This document shows, in pieces, positions 1-14,925 of a DNA stretch of 64,000 nt. Numbering within the stretch: the stretch's first letter is position 1; the number at the start of each line of letters is the position of its first letter. The translations under genes and the position numbers were made by a program. The notes under the pieces were generated by a model, which had not been told where the DNA came from, searched no databases, and saw only the letters and a program-made list of their open reading frames with translations. The stretch comes from Eledone cirrhosa (taxonomy: Eukaryota): the NCBI GenBank assembly GCA_964016885.1, contig OZ024743.1, forward strand, positions 345,836,001-345,900,000, read 5' to 3'.

Positions 1-189
1 TTCTAATAGAAGCAAAATTAGCAAGATAAACACTACCACAATTTCAGATATCCCTACTGACATCACAAGTATGTTCTCGGCGACCAGCAACAGTATTATC
101 ATTGCACCGGCTATACACCGGCTATACCCCGCATATTGTATCACTAATACTATCATCAATGCCACGTCAACTACCAATACCACCAAAAG

Positions 190-560
190 CTATCATCACC
201 ACCACCACCACCACCACAACCACCACCACCACCACTGCTAAAGCTATCGACAAGAACTTCATTTCATCAAAACCATCATCAATAAAACGGTGATAACTAC
301 CACCACCACCGCCAACAACAACAACAACAACAATACTACATCACCACCACAACCACCAACACTACCACCAGCCCCACCAGCATAATCACTATCACCACAC
401 GAACACCATCACATCAACTCACACACCAGCTTCGTATCACCAATACCACCATGATTATTACAGCAACTACCACCACCAACAACAACAACAACGGCATCCT
501 ATCACCAATAGGGTCATCAATACCACAGGAACCACCAACACTATCACCAGCAATTTTTAT
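190..560. repeat. (ACC)n/(AAC)n low-complexity trinucleotide tract
   Basis: Degenerate acc/aac runs read directly. Confidence 0.85.
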
Positions 561-1084
561 TTAATATTGTTTTTGCTTTTTTGAAAACTTTCAAAGCAGA
601 TACAAGAGTTCTTGCCAACGCCGATTAAAATATGTCGACCTTCATTAGATTACGGTAATGCTGTTTATTTCAAACGGTTCTTCAATTCTCTTTTCACAAT
701 TCTCCATCACTCCATCCCTCAATCTCTTCACTCTTCACTGCCCACCTACCATCCATCTCTTTCCCCATCTACCTTTTCTCACTTTCTTCTTCGCTTTTAT
801 TTCTCTCCCTATATATTTCTATCTTTCTTTTTCGTTCACTTAATCAATTTTTCCATCTCTCTTCTTTTATATACAATTTCATTCCACCACATGTCTCGGT
901 ATATACCAAATACATCCCCCATCTCTCTCAACATCTTTCTCATTTTCTTTATATCCCCATCTCACTATCTCTTTTTATTTCTCTCCATCACGTACACTAA
1001 CATATTCACATTCACATCTACATTCACGAACATACTTATATTTATTGGAATACAAAAAGACATAAAGTTAAACGAATTTGCATA

Positions 1085-1122
1085 TATACTTATATATGTA
1101 TATATGTATATATATATATACA

Positions 1123-1210
<88 letters not shown>

Positions 1211-1243
1211 GTATGTATGTGTGTGTATATATATATATATATA
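1085..1243. repeat. (TA)n microsatellite; similar tracts at ~4078-4170, 4405-4462, 6157-6292, 6770-6812, 32605-32668, 53195-53250
   Basis: Pure tatata runs; they explain the YIYIYI ORFs. Confidence 0.95.
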
Positions 1244-2229
1244 GCTTGTGTGCGTGTTTGCCTGTATTTATGTGTCTGTGTATGTGAGTGCTTTTGTGTA
1301 CCGGTCTACGGTCTACGTGAATGGATGCCTGTGTATGCCTATATAATTGTAGACATATTGTAGATAGCAGAACGTAGTCAAATTTGCTATTTCTGTGAAA
1401 AACATGTCACAGTTCTATTGTTTAATGCCTCCATTTAACTTTGTCCTATCTTTATTACATTAAAACCCCATATTTTTCGATAACACACAACCCCTTCACA
1501 TATCCCCATACCTACCTCCTTATATTTATCAACCCTCTCCTATCCGTTATTACCATCAAACATTACTAGTAACAATTACGATTATTCTAGCAAGGAAACA
1601 CAACAAATTTATATATTTTATTTTGCTTTGTTTTAACACTTTTCTCATATTTTTTACTCTTATATTTTATTCATCTTATATAAAACTTTAAAATGTCAAA
1701 TCTGTGAAATAAACATCTTATAAATCGCTCTTTTAAAACAATTTTCAATTAGAGAAAAATCTATTTGAAAATGTATGGTTGGACTCAAACAGGTTTTTGG
1801 TGAATTTCTGCAATTAGGAAGAAAACAATGGTTACAACAACAACAACAACAACAACAACAATAATAATAATAATAATAATAAAAATAATAATAATAATAA
1901 TAAGGACAATAAAATGGTAATAACAATGAATTTGATAAGGCCGTCAACAATTATGGAAGGGCACTAAATCAAAATAAAATTAATCTCAACGACTGTAACA
2001 GAAGCCTCAACAATAACAACAACATTAACGACAAAAATAATGACAACAACAATATCAACAACAATGTCAACAGCAGCAACAATAACAACTGCAACAAAAC
2101 AAGGAAAAACACCTATAAAAGTAAAAAGATCAACCAAAACAAAGACAGCAATGAAGCCAACAACTGTAATGACTGCCACCACTACCATGACCAACAAAAG
2201 CAAAAATAACAATAACAATCGACAACACT

Positions 2230-2456
2230 AACTAGAACATTAACAACAACAACGTCATCTACAACAACAGCAAGAACGACAACAACAACAACAACAACCA
2301 CACCTACAACAAAAGCAACAACAACAACAACATCTACAACAAACAAAAGCAAGAACGACAGCAACAACAACCACACCTACAACAAAAGCAAGAACGACAG
2401 CAACAACAACAACAACAACAACAACAACAACCACACCTACAACAACAGCAAGCACG

Positions 2457-2493
<37 letters not shown>

Positions 2494-2660
2494 CCACACC
2501 TACAACAAAAGCAAGAACTACAGCAACAACAACAACAACAAACACAGCTACAACAAAAGCAAGAACCACAGCAACAACAACCACACCTACAACAAAAGCA
2601 AGAACGACAGTAACAGCAACAACAACAACAACAACAACCACAACAAAAGCAAGAAGAACA
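2230..2660. repeat. (CAA)n-derived minisatellite, unit ~CAACAACAACCACACCTACAACAAAAGCAAGAACGACAG
   Basis: Unit recurs about 7 times with variable CAA count. Confidence 0.85.
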
Positions 2661-2755
2661 ACTGCAAGAACAATTCCATTTGGAGGTGATGTTGTAGTCT
2701 CCCCGTGGTCATCATTGCTAACAGAAAAACCAAGACAAAATATTTGTTTCTACTT

Positions 2756-2872
2756 TACTGGTACTTTATTTTATCGACCCCGTAAGGATGAAAGGCAAAG
2801 TTAACCTCGGCGGGATTTGAACTCAGATCATAAGCATGCCCGCCCGACCATCTACCGATATTGCCAATTCAA
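2756..2872 (-). mobile_element. tRNA-derived SINE (octopus OK-like), partial
   Basis: Reverse complement of the core GAGTTCAAATCCCGCCGAGGTTAACTTTGCCTTTCATCCTTACGGGGTCGATAAAATAAAGTACCAG shared with many copies here. Confidence 0.85.
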
Positions 2873-3509
2873 CCAAGACAAAATAATAACAAATAATCAA
2901 GATTTAAATGAAATAAAACCCGCAGAATTGTTGGAGTGGACAGATCAAATATATTTGCGTTGAATCTTCGCAGTCATGAATTTAAATCTCATTGGGGACC
3001 AGTCTTTTTACATATCCGATCTTTGAGCCGGGATCGATAAATTCAACAGTAATTATATACTAGGTTTAATTTGATCAACTTACTCTCATACATTGTAAAA
3101 TTCTGGCTTTCAATAAATCCTTACATATCATTCTCACCATTTCCTCACCATTTCCTCACCATCATAATCATCATCATCATCATCACCATAATAATAATAA
3201 TCATCATGATCATTATCATTTAGCATCATCATGATCATGATGATCATCATCATCGTTTAGCATCATCGTCATTATCGACGTCGCCGTCATTACCATCTCT
3301 ACTACCTCCACCATCAGCAATAACACTCCCAACCATAACTACAACCAACACCATCAGCAATAGCACTCCCAGCCATAACTACAACCAACACCATCACCAC
3401 TACGTCTACAACCACCGTGTTCATGATCACCATCCTCATTACTGTCGCGACCATCATCATCATTATCATCATCCTTCTCATCACCGCCGTCACCAGGGTC
3501 ATCATTATT

Positions 3510-3640
3510 GGCCCTTTATGATCTGAGTTCAAATCCCGCCGAGGTTAACTTTGCCTTTCATCCTTACGGGGTCGATAAAATAAAGTACCAGTAATACACT
3601 GGGGAAATTGCTGGCCTTGTGCCAAAAGTAGAAACAATTA
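3510..3640 (+). mobile_element. tRNA-derived SINE (OK-like), 5'-truncated
   Basis: B-box GTTCAAATCC, shared core, 3' end GCTGGCCTTGTGCCAAAAGTAGAAACAATTAT. Confidence 0.9.
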
Positions 3641-4074
3641 TCACAATTATACAAGGGGTATTAGTTTCAATCTGAATGATAGCTTGGGCGAAATAGGTAT
3701 CCTAGAATACACGTTAAAATGTAACTTTGTGACTGGCGTTTCTTATCTGATTAATACTCGTAAGATATTTATGTGGTACAGGAAGTGGAATATGAATGAA
3801 GAAAGACTTACCTTCTTGTAGCACTCAGTTGTTTAACGTAGATTTTCAAGAAACGAATATGCGTACGTTTCGAACTGATCAGATGATTCCTGATAGAAGA
3901 GACGTTTGTTGAACACCTACGAAGCAATTTAGACATTAGCCACCACCTGCCGACTTCTAACGGAGAGCTTGATCTTAGCCGATTTCTGAGTGAGATTGGC
4001 CATCTAAATCGCAAAATATTACCAGATCGTATCAACTTGAAGCTTTAGGTGAAATTGTCGAAATACGGGCGATG

Positions 4075-4300
<226 letters not shown>

Positions 4301-4400
4301 ATACGAATTCCTATTTATACGATTTTTATATATATATATATATATATATAACTCATAATATTATAAAATTAAATCAAATTGTTTAGAACTACATTCTTTC

Positions 4401-4465
<65 letters not shown>

Positions 4466-4882
4466 TGTGTGTGTGTATGTGCGTATGTATGTATGTGTGT
4501 ATGTGTGCGTATGTGTGTGTTGTGTGTTATATGTTTGATATTTCCTCGGTCAACATGATTTTTTACTCACTCACCCGGCAGCCAACGGATTCACGGCCTT
4601 ATTCCTTGCAGACATATCTGTTCACTTCCTTGCATTTCCAATGGGTAATTTACCAGATTAGTTTTCGCGTGTTATTTATAGTGCTTGATTGTTAATACAG
4701 ATATCTGCTTGAGGACGGATACATTTGAATATATATATATATATAAGAATACGTAGAGTATGCACGTCTATTAACGGAATGGAAGGTATATTTCTTGATT
4801 CACATTTAACTAGAAAATTGTTATTCTTTGTAAGTTTATACTGATATTACTTTTCTCTCTTTCTCCTACACACACACACACG

Positions 4883-4917
<35 letters not shown>

Positions 4918-4988
4918 ATACACACACATATATACTACTATGTGTGTGTGTTCTTGTGTGTGTATGTGTGTGTAAGTATGTATGCATC

Positions 4989-6282
<1,294 letters not shown>

Positions 6283-6627
6283 TATATATATATGGGTACG
6301 TGATATATGTAGAGATAAACACACCGCCTCTACCATATACTCCAAAATACCAGCCATATAAAGATGTATATATAAAAAAACACACAAACACTCATACACA
6401 GACACGCGAGCGCGCGCACGCACGTGCATAGTATAGTTCTTTATACAAAACGGAATTTTCCATTTCGGGTAGACGCACTCCATCATCCACTTTTCTAAAA
6501 AAAATATATCATACACAAAATGTTTCCCAAGAGCTGGCAACATGAATGAGCCTGTTATTATTCTCTAAAAACTATTTTTCCAATTCCACCCCGTCCGTCC
6601 CTTCAATCTTTCTAATTTCTCATTCTT

Positions 6628-6663
6628 TCTTCTGATGAAGGACTAGCGTCCGAAACGTTAAGA
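6628..6663 (+). ncRNA. Minimal type-I hammerhead ribozyme (candidate)
   Basis: tctt CTGATGA a ggac-tagc-gtcc GAAA cg T T aaga: core boxes, 4-bp stem II, 4-bp stem I, palindromic ACGU stem III. Confidence 0.6.
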
Positions 6664-6748
6664 CCCTCTTCCTGCTATTTCAAGCGTTAGCCTAATATAT
6701 TCCAACCATATACTGTACAGATTGTGTTATTATTTCTGTTTACCTTTT

Positions 6749-6815
<67 letters not shown>

Positions 6816-7080
6816 CATACATGTGTTTAGGTTTATATATGTTTCTATGTACATGTGTGTATTCATAAACAAAGAGAATATTGGAAATATATACACAGGC
6901 AGCCACATAAATAAATAAAAATTTGCCCAATGCACTGCCCGATATAAATAATAGATTTAATCAAACATTTTTCAGTTCAAGAACATCATTTTTTCATTCT
7001 TATTTATTTGTCACCCTCACTTTTATCTATTATTACCTGTCTGTTACTTATGAACTATAAGTATGGTGCTTGTGTTTCCC

Positions 7081-7121
<41 letters not shown>

Positions 7122-7499
7122 TTGTCTCTGTTTATGTATGTACGGGTTCAAGAATTATATTTGTATACTTTCCACTTTATAGAAGATAGAATTATTGTGT
7201 ATGTAATACGCTACCAACTGAATGATTTGTGTTCCTAATACTTGTATAATATTTCTTTTATATTTCTTGCAATAAGGATTATTTCGTTAGTGACATACTG
7301 GAATTTAGTAAATGGAATTATTGGAAAATCTGACCCCCTGAACCTCTACCCGCTCAATCTTTGACCCTGACTATATATCTTAATCGCTCTACTCATATAT
7401 ACATTTATAATGTTGCACACATCTACAAGTACACAAACACACACACACAATCGCACACACACGCACACACACATACACACACACATATATATATATATA

Positions 7500-8241
7500 C
7501 AGGGTGTCCCAAAACTTTTGATATCATTTCGCAGGTCAATAATTTTGGCAATTCTTGTTGAAATAACCTCAAATTTTCACAGAATATGTAGAAACAGATC
7601 AATATTTTATATTTAATGTTTTATAGTTTTCTCTTTTCAGGTTGAGAAATGCCGTTCACTTCCAAAAAAAAGTCATTTTGCGTATTGGAATATCCTCGAA
7701 CACAGTCACTCAAGACTGTGCAGCGTACCTTTAATGCAAAATTTTGAAAAATGTCACGAACTGGCAAACAAATTTGGACCTGGTACCAAAAATTTAAAGA
7801 AGAAGGCTGCTTATGCAGGGCTAAAGGATCTGGAAGACCATCATCACCATCAGAAGAGAAGGTCGAGCAAGTTCGCAAAAAACTCTTGCGAAGCCCCAAG
7901 AAGTCCGTAAGGAGAACACGTTTGGAAACCCAGATTCCGCGAATGACGGTTTGGCGTATCCCTAGGATACTGTTTGCCACTTGGTGACTTTTTTCGAAAT
8001 TTTGCATTGAAGGCACGCTGCACAGTCTTGGGTGACTGTTTTCGAGCATATTCCAAGACGCAAAATGACTTTTCTTTGGAAGTGAACGGCGTTTCTCAAC
8101 CTGAAAAGCGAAAAATATAAAACATTAAATATAAAATCTTGATCTGTTTCTATACATTCTGGGAAAATTTAAGGTTATTTCAACAAGAATTGCCAAAATT
8201 ATTGGCCTGCGAAATGATGTCAAATTTTTGGGGACACCCTG
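7500..8241. mobile_element. Tc1/mariner-derived palindromic element made of two opposed 5' ends
   Basis: TA|CAGGGTGTCCC...GGGACACCCTG|TA; ~275-bp inverted arms each encode the transposase N-terminal HTH (MPFTSK..FCVLEY..QS.KTVQR.FNAKF). Confidence 0.9.
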
Positions 8242-8379
8242 TATATATATATGTATATATATATGTGTGTGTGTGTATATATATATGTATATATGTGTAT
8301 ATATATATATATACACATATATACATATGTATATATATATATATATTAGAAGGAAAGAGAGATAGGACGAGCTCCTACA

Positions 8380-8560
8380 ATAATTGTTTCTACATTTGGC
8401 ACAATGCCAGCAATTACCCATTGCATTACTGGTACTTTATTTTATCGACCCCGTAAGGATGAATGGCAAAGTTAACCTCGGCGGGATTTGAACTCAGAAT
8501 GGAAAGGGCCGTAACTCTTTGCGTCAAAGCATGGCGTCCGACCCTCTACCGATACTGCCA
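8380..8560 (-). mobile_element. tRNA-derived SINE (OK-like)
   Basis: Near full-length match to other copies, with A-box-like TGGCAGTATCGG and B-box. Confidence 0.9.
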
Positions 8561-9504
8561 GATTCTTATATTGCTGCATTCAGTGGAAAATATCTCTAAA
8601 TTCTTATGGTTAAAATGTCATTGACCTGTAGCTTGTTAGGCCTCACTATAAATATTGTACGTTTTCAGCCTTGCTCTGAACAACCTCATGGGGAGTTAAA
8701 AATACAGCATGTAGCAAAGATTTGAAACTTGTACCAGCGTTCAACTTCTTGGAGGCAGACGTGAAATTTGATGGAAAATTTGCTAATATTCAGTTATCAT
8801 GGATACATTCTTCAAAATAACAACTCTTATTATGGCCGCAACGATATACAACAGCAACAATACATTATCTAATTTTAAAACAATTATTTTAAAACTTGGA
8901 CATTATATTCAAGGCATATTATATAATTGAAATGATCGGCAGCCCTACATAATATTGGGACAAACATCTGACAATTCAGCTGGAGATTCGATTGTTAATT
9001 AACATAGTCAAGTAATATTTAATTTAATTTTTGTTCATGATATTAACTCCATGCAGAGCATGAATGATCAGGTCTGTGATGAAACATCCCCATAAAACAA
9101 ACAAAACATTGCTGGCATAATGTAGCAATGAACATATTTTATTTTATTTGTTAAGGATGTATGGTACCCTTTGATATACATTTGTTTTCTGTTATTAAAA
9201 CGTCAAACGGCGAGATAGAAGAAGCATGCCCTTTGGTGCAATCTAGGATATGAAAACGTATTGGATTAAATATGTAAATGAAACAAATGCTGTTGTTCGG
9301 TAAAAGTGATGTCGACAGGGATATGTTGGCGAAAGTGACGATAATGAAGACGATAGTGATGACGATGGTAATAATGGCGTTGCTGAAGAATGTATTGATG
9401 ACGATGATGATTTAATTAAGATTGAGATGTAAGTAATTAAGGTGGTGCTGTTGATTTTGGTGGTGACATAATTATAATCATTTATTAGTATTGTTATTCT
9501 ATTA

Positions 9505-9930
9505 GGGCAGCGAATTGGAAGTATCGGAAGAGTGTCTGACACTATGCATCACAGCGTAGAGTTACGACCCTTTATGTTCTGAGTTCAAATCCCTCCGAAG
9601 TTAGCTTTGAATTTCATCCTTCCGGGGTCGATATAATAAAATACCAGTAACGCACAGGGTCAATTTAACCGATTTTCACTTACCCCAAAATTGTTGCCCT
9701 TGTGCCTAAATCAGAAACCATTACGGTTTGGCAGTATCATTAGAGCGTCGGGTAGCATGCTTTTTAGCATAGAGTCACGGACTTTTACGCCCTGCGTTCA
9801 AATCACGCCGAGGTTAGCTTTGCTTTTCACCCTTACGAGGTCGATAAAATATGCACCATTAATGCATCGATTTAATCGATTTTACCCTCCCTAAAATCGT
9901 CGATCTTGCGCCTAAATTAAAAACAATTAT
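9505..9930 (+). mobile_element. Two older tandem SINE copies (OK-like)
   Basis: Two diverged cores gttcaaatc...ggtcgata near 9585-9650 and 9796-9860. Confidence 0.75.
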
Positions 9931-10139
9931 TGTTATTGATGACGAATATGTGGGACGTGAGATTATAAGCTCTAACAGGTTTGTGGATTTAAGTTGCTTA
10001 ACATTTTATTTTGTTAATATATTTTTGAGTATAAAGCACACGCCTTTGTCCTGAGAAAGTGGGACTTCATAATATTTTGGCCGTATTTCTGTAAAAATAA
10101 ATAGATGGAATACACCCTCACACATTGAACAGCTGTCTT

Positions 10140-10610
10140 CTGAGAGCAGCTCAAACGTTGAGCGGAGACACACCACGCCCACCAACACGATGTTTTATCT
10201 TTGATATCCTGTGTATTTCTCTCAATCAGTATAAGCATTATAGAAGATCTTTTCTTCTCTCTTCTGCTCTTTGGTTAAACTTTCCCTTTCCAACTATATC
10301 TACTGCAGCGTATTGCAGCAACTCCTCATCATTTTTCATCAAATATTCTGCAGGTGTCCTTCTGTCAATCCTTATACAATGATCCACACTGATGAGGCAT
10401 CTGCCACCGTTCTTTCTCTCCTGTATATTTTATTGATATTTGCATTGGGGTAAACACTCTGTGCAACGTCATTAATTTTTTCCTCTCTCTATTTGGTTTC
10501 AATATTTCTATTTCAGTTCAACTGAGAATTGATGCACTATATCTAAGCCCTGCAACTGCCTAGATATTCATTGCAGTGACCAGATTTCTCACATTCAAGT
10601 TGGGTTTACA
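10140..10610 (-). pseudogene. Degenerate fragment of a third R4/Dong-like LINE family (post-RT region)
   Basis: Minus translation KPNLNVRNLVTAMNI*AVAGLRYSASILS*...GGRCLISVDHC aligns with KSHLNSRNAISAVNSRAVSIIRYSAGILRW...GGRGLISIEDC of the intact ORF. Confidence 0.8.
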
Positions 10611-10639
10611 AAAATAATTGTTGTTATAATTATTTCTGC

Positions 10640-11240
10640 TCTCGGCGGCGGAAGTGGAGTACTGCAAAAAGCCAATAACTGCCACTAGAATATGGGAGGC
10701 AGCGACTAGCTGCACAATAGGTAAATCGCCTGGTTTGGTTAGTCTGCCCCACAAGCTTTACGTACACATGCCAGAATTGTTCGGCGACCTATTGGCAGAC
10801 GTCTACTGCTAATAGCAGCATAATAGGAGAATTTCCAGTTCTGTGAGCCGAAGAGAGGTGGTGCTGCTGAGAAAAGATCCGATCAAGAGTGAAAAATGTT
10901 GGCCAACGTATTAGAAACGAGGTTTGCCCTTGTAGTCAAGTGTCTTGGCAGTAGAGGTGCAGACGTGAGCCATTCCCAAGCGATTCATCAACCACAGTTC
11001 TGCTGACGTTCTTGGGGGGGACACTGGATGACGATGAAAATAAACTAGCCAATCTCTTCCGGAAAACTTACGGGTCGGGGCCCATTGACAACGTCCAGAA
11101 ATCCCTGACTTAGCAGTGCTACGAAGGAGATTTGTCAGTTCCGGATAAAGTCTACATGTATGGAAATGCCGGCAGCCAGACTTGGTCGAGATCCACGCAG
11201 GGTGACTAAACCGCCATGCACACAATTGCCGAATGCACAA
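10640..11240 (+). mobile_element. Internally deleted Tx1/L1-like LINE fragment
   Basis: GKSPG..LP..LY..MPELFGDLLADVYC and ...GPIDNVQKSL..QCY segments match ORF2 of the 45.2-50.9 kb element. Confidence 0.8.
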
Positions 11241-11410
11241 GCATTGTATCAGTGAATGACTTATCGTTGCAGCCCAATAAATGTTATTGCTAACTAATCA
11301 GTGAAATATAACATCTACAAAACATCTGACACCCATTTTATACCATGCCAATATGATTGCATTTTATGCTTCAATATCAATGTATTACCATATATATATA
11401 TATATATATA

Positions 11411-11530
11411 TAGGAAAATGTTCAAGACCCCGACGGCAGAGATCAAGCCATTTCGACGGCTATTTCTGGATCCAGAAATAGCCGTCGAAACGGCTTGAGC
11501 TCTGCCGTCGGGGTCTTGATCATTTTCCTA
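11411..11530. repeat. Spacerless 120-bp palindrome
   Basis: 60-bp arms centred on GGA|TCC (11470/11471), 3 mismatches. Confidence 0.95.
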
Positions 11531-11673
11531 TTACCCACTCTACTACCCTAAGTATTGAGTACTCTGGTGCGTTATGGTCCATCTGGGTTCTTACCACCCT
11601 TCCTTCGTTATATATATATATATATATATTAAGAGAGTAAAACAAAGAATCCTTTAATACATCAAAAGTTTTT

Positions 11674-11718
11674 ATTAGCCGACAATGTTTCGTCCTATTA
11701 AGGACTCATCAGGGCAAT
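11674..11718 (-). ncRNA. Type-I hammerhead ribozyme
   Basis: Minus strand: attgcc CTGATGA gtcct-taat-aggac GAAA cattg TC ggc t aat; canonical core, GUC cleavage triplet. Confidence 0.85.
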
Positions 11719-12052
11719 CAAAACAACAAGAGGTAATTTCGGCAGATACAAGCCAGAAACTCTGAAGAATATGGAGTGTACATATACTAATGTCTTACAA
11801 GGATATACGATAATAAAAATGAAAATAAAGATAAAAATAATAAAATTATAATAACTAAGGATGTAGATAACATTAAGAACCATATTACAAATATAGTCCA
11901 AAGCCACCAACTTAAATCTAAACAAATTTGGTTATATAGAGCAGGAAATATATATAACACAATATAATACATTATAATAATAATATATTTATACCAACAT
12001 TAAAATTCCAAATTAAAAATCAAAAGGTACAATATATACATGTATATATGTG

Positions 12053-12093
<41 letters not shown>

Positions 12094-13976
12094 ACATATT
12101 ACAATACACATATCTATCTTCTATTACACAGAAATTAAGCCCTATTAGAAGTTTGAATATTAAAAATAAGCATGGTAATAGTGAAAATAATACTAATACA
12201 TCTACCCAATATACATGAGGCAATAATATGATATAATTACAAGAAACACTTATAACAAATAATAAACAACAAAATTATATAATTCAATACAATATAATAA
12301 AGTAGAATAGATAATCCCCGGTTAATTTACAGATACAATATAGATGTCACAATGAAATACAATGATAAAATGTTAACATTATATTAACAATTACCATAAA
12401 CAATATGTACAAAATGATTCATACTGGGTTACATAATAAATGAGGAAATATAAATCATATAATATAATACAATAATACTCAAAAAAACTATAATGGTACA
12501 GGGAACAATTATGATGTTACAGAAAAAATATGATGTTACAGAAAAAAATATACAGACATCTAACATGATATGTAAAGTCTAAATATCATAATGTTACATA
12601 TTACAATATTAAAATATTAAAAAATCCAGACATCTTACATGATATATAAAGTTTAAATATCATAATGTTATATATAATAAACGGTAAGTAATAAGGATCT
12701 ATATCATAATGTAATATATTTTAAAAATTGCCATAAAATATATAAATACTTATAATTACAAGGTTAGTAGACAGACATGTGTGGGTGAGTGAGCAAAGCC
12801 AGACAGTGAATAGTAAATAGAATATAGAATAAAACAAATAAATACAATCAACCGGAAATTACAAAACAAAAGCGAATGTATACACATTTAGGCCTCGCGT
12901 GCATTAAGAAATTTGGTAAACACCAAGGAAAGCGATCATTTTAAATGACTCCAAACCCTATCTGATAAATTAATATTAAAAATATCAGACCCATCCGATA
13001 AGGTAGTATAAAATTAGCTATAGTTTAAGTCATTAAAGTATATAAACTTTAATGTATCGTTACAAATGTTTACAAAAAGGAATAAAATTACACTATCATA
13101 TACGCAACGATATCTAAAAAACTGACTTAAGTAGAGTTAAGGTAGGCTAATGGGGACAGAATTGACAAAATATATGGAGGGTGCGAAGTGGCATAAAATA
13201 TATTCGATATACTATAATAAATAATAGAACAGAGCATAAAAGAGGGGGGGTTAAATATAATCATATTCAATCTGGAGGGGTTGACAATAAGTTTATGTGT
13301 GCATGGGGGAGGGGGGAGAAGGGGAGGGGGTTGTCGATAGATAAATCAGAATAGACTTAGAAATAAAAATAGAATTAAAAATAAAAATAAAAATAATGTT
13401 AAAATTAAAATTAAAGTTAATGATAATAAAAGAATATATAAAGATAATAAGAGAATGACGTAAGTGGCATAAAGTGTGTAATCTTATGTATACTAACAAG
13501 GTGTAATAGTGAAGACATAGATATGGTACAGTGGCCAAATGATTATGAGAGCTAGAATGAAGAGTCATCAAAAAGCAATGATAACATTAGTGTTGGCAAA
13601 CAAAAGAACCCAAACAAAAAAACTAAGTAATGGAGTATATCTGCTAATGGGTACGATTTGTGCTACTAGAACATTTGGGTTTATAATAAAAGTAAGAATT
13701 AGAAATAGCATGGGGGCAAGAAGAGAATATCTCAGACTTTCTATTCAGTAAGGGTACGCTAGAGAAAATAATAGAGTGTGTCTCAAGTATACAGAGATTA
13801 CAAAACTTACTATGTGCAGAAAGGTGGTTAGATCGTGCTACTAAACTCCAGTTAAGGCTATATGGTATATAAGCTCCCTTAAGATCCCAGATATAATGCG
13901 CTAGAGAGGTAGAATTCTTAAACCTAACATGTTTGAAGTTAGAGATATGAGAGTTAAACCTAGTCTTAAAAGTGTT

Positions 13977-14714
13977 TCAAGTAGATCCTATATACGTTCT
14001 TTTAGAGGAATTAGTTATAACCTCGCAAGCATAGACAATGTTCTTAGAAAGGCAGTTACCGTTTAGAGGGCAGTTAGCACTCACTCTACAATTGCACTTC
14101 CGGGTGTTATTGGTTGGCACGAGTGGTGATGTATTGCACGTAGGACCTCTATTAGATAAGGACTGTTCTGGTGGTAAAGCATTGTCCGATGCATTCAGAC
14201 TAGTAGTATGTAGAGAGGAGAATCCATCCCTAATTTTCCTATTATTAGTGCTAGCTAAATGAGAACTAATATTAGGGGTGGTAGAGAATGAGAGTTTAAT
14301 AACATTTTTATTAAAAATACCATGGTATTTGTGAGAAGGGGGGACATTTTTCTCCAGGATAGTGAAGAAAGACCTAGGGATATTAGTTGATACATCCTGA
14401 TTATATGGCGGGTTGAAATAAGTATTCAATCGCCTTCTATTTTTATTTTTATTCTTATCGACCCTACCTCTATCAAATGTCCCACCGTCGAGACTAGGGT
14501 TACTATCGGGAATAGTTGAAGCCACATTCATAGAATCAGCCATAATTTCGTTATGCCTATTATAGTTTCTACCTCTAGTAGATCCGCTGTTGTCCAGAAT
14601 CCCTACAAGAGGATTAAGGCCAACGATAGGATCAGTAGGAGCAACATTACTAGAATAAGATCCAGCCAAACCAACACCAATGCGTGAGCGCACAGGGGGC
14701 TCGGCTTGTCTCAT
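13977..14714 (-). CDS. Penelope-like linker plus GIY-YIG endonuclease N-terminal half; stop after YIGST, homology continues to ~13700
   Basis: 245-aa ORF with PLE Cys motif and IVY...YIG. Confidence 0.7.
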   Translation of the reverse strand: MRQAEPPVRSRIGVGLAGSYSSNVAPTDPIVGLNPLVGILDNSGSTRGRNYNRHNEIMADSMNVASTIPDSNPSLDGGTFDRGRVDKNKNKNRRRLNTYFNPPYNQDVSTNIPRSFFTILEKNVPPSHKYHGIFNKNVIKLSFSTTPNISSHLASTNNRKIRDGFSSLHTTSLNASDNALPPEQSLSNRGPTCNTSPLVPTNNTRKCNCRVSANCPLNGNCLSKNIVYACEVITNSSKRTYIGST

Positions 14715-14925
14715 ATATGTATGTATTTATTTAGGTTTGAAGGTTCACCAATGGCTAGAGCTGGTCAATTCCGTATGGTCAATCTTGATCTAATAATATG
14801 GAGAGTACTCAACGTAAAGCAGCTCAACTGTCTTCGTTTGTGTAGTTGGTGGTGAGAGTACGGAGTTAAATATTATAATAAAATAACAGGAGGCTGGACA
14901 TGTGTAAATCCTTGAAAGGTTTATT

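Noticed and set aside
612-1244. 210-aa ORF and the many YIYI, poly-V, poly-M and poly-S ORFs across the window
   Set aside because: Translations of microsatellite and low-complexity DNA
2230-2660. Regularly spaced repeats as a CRISPR array or mucin exon
   Set aside because: No unique spacers, eukaryotic context, no supported splice sites; a CAA minisatellite
10385-10410. CTGATGA-GGCA-TC-TGCC hammerhead-like start
   Set aside because: No GAAA box follows; lies in the antisense of a LINE coding relic
12510-12720. Short tandem duplications in the AT-rich Penelope 3' region (similar one at 15175-15275)
   Set aside because: Ordinary slippage duplications; no array structure
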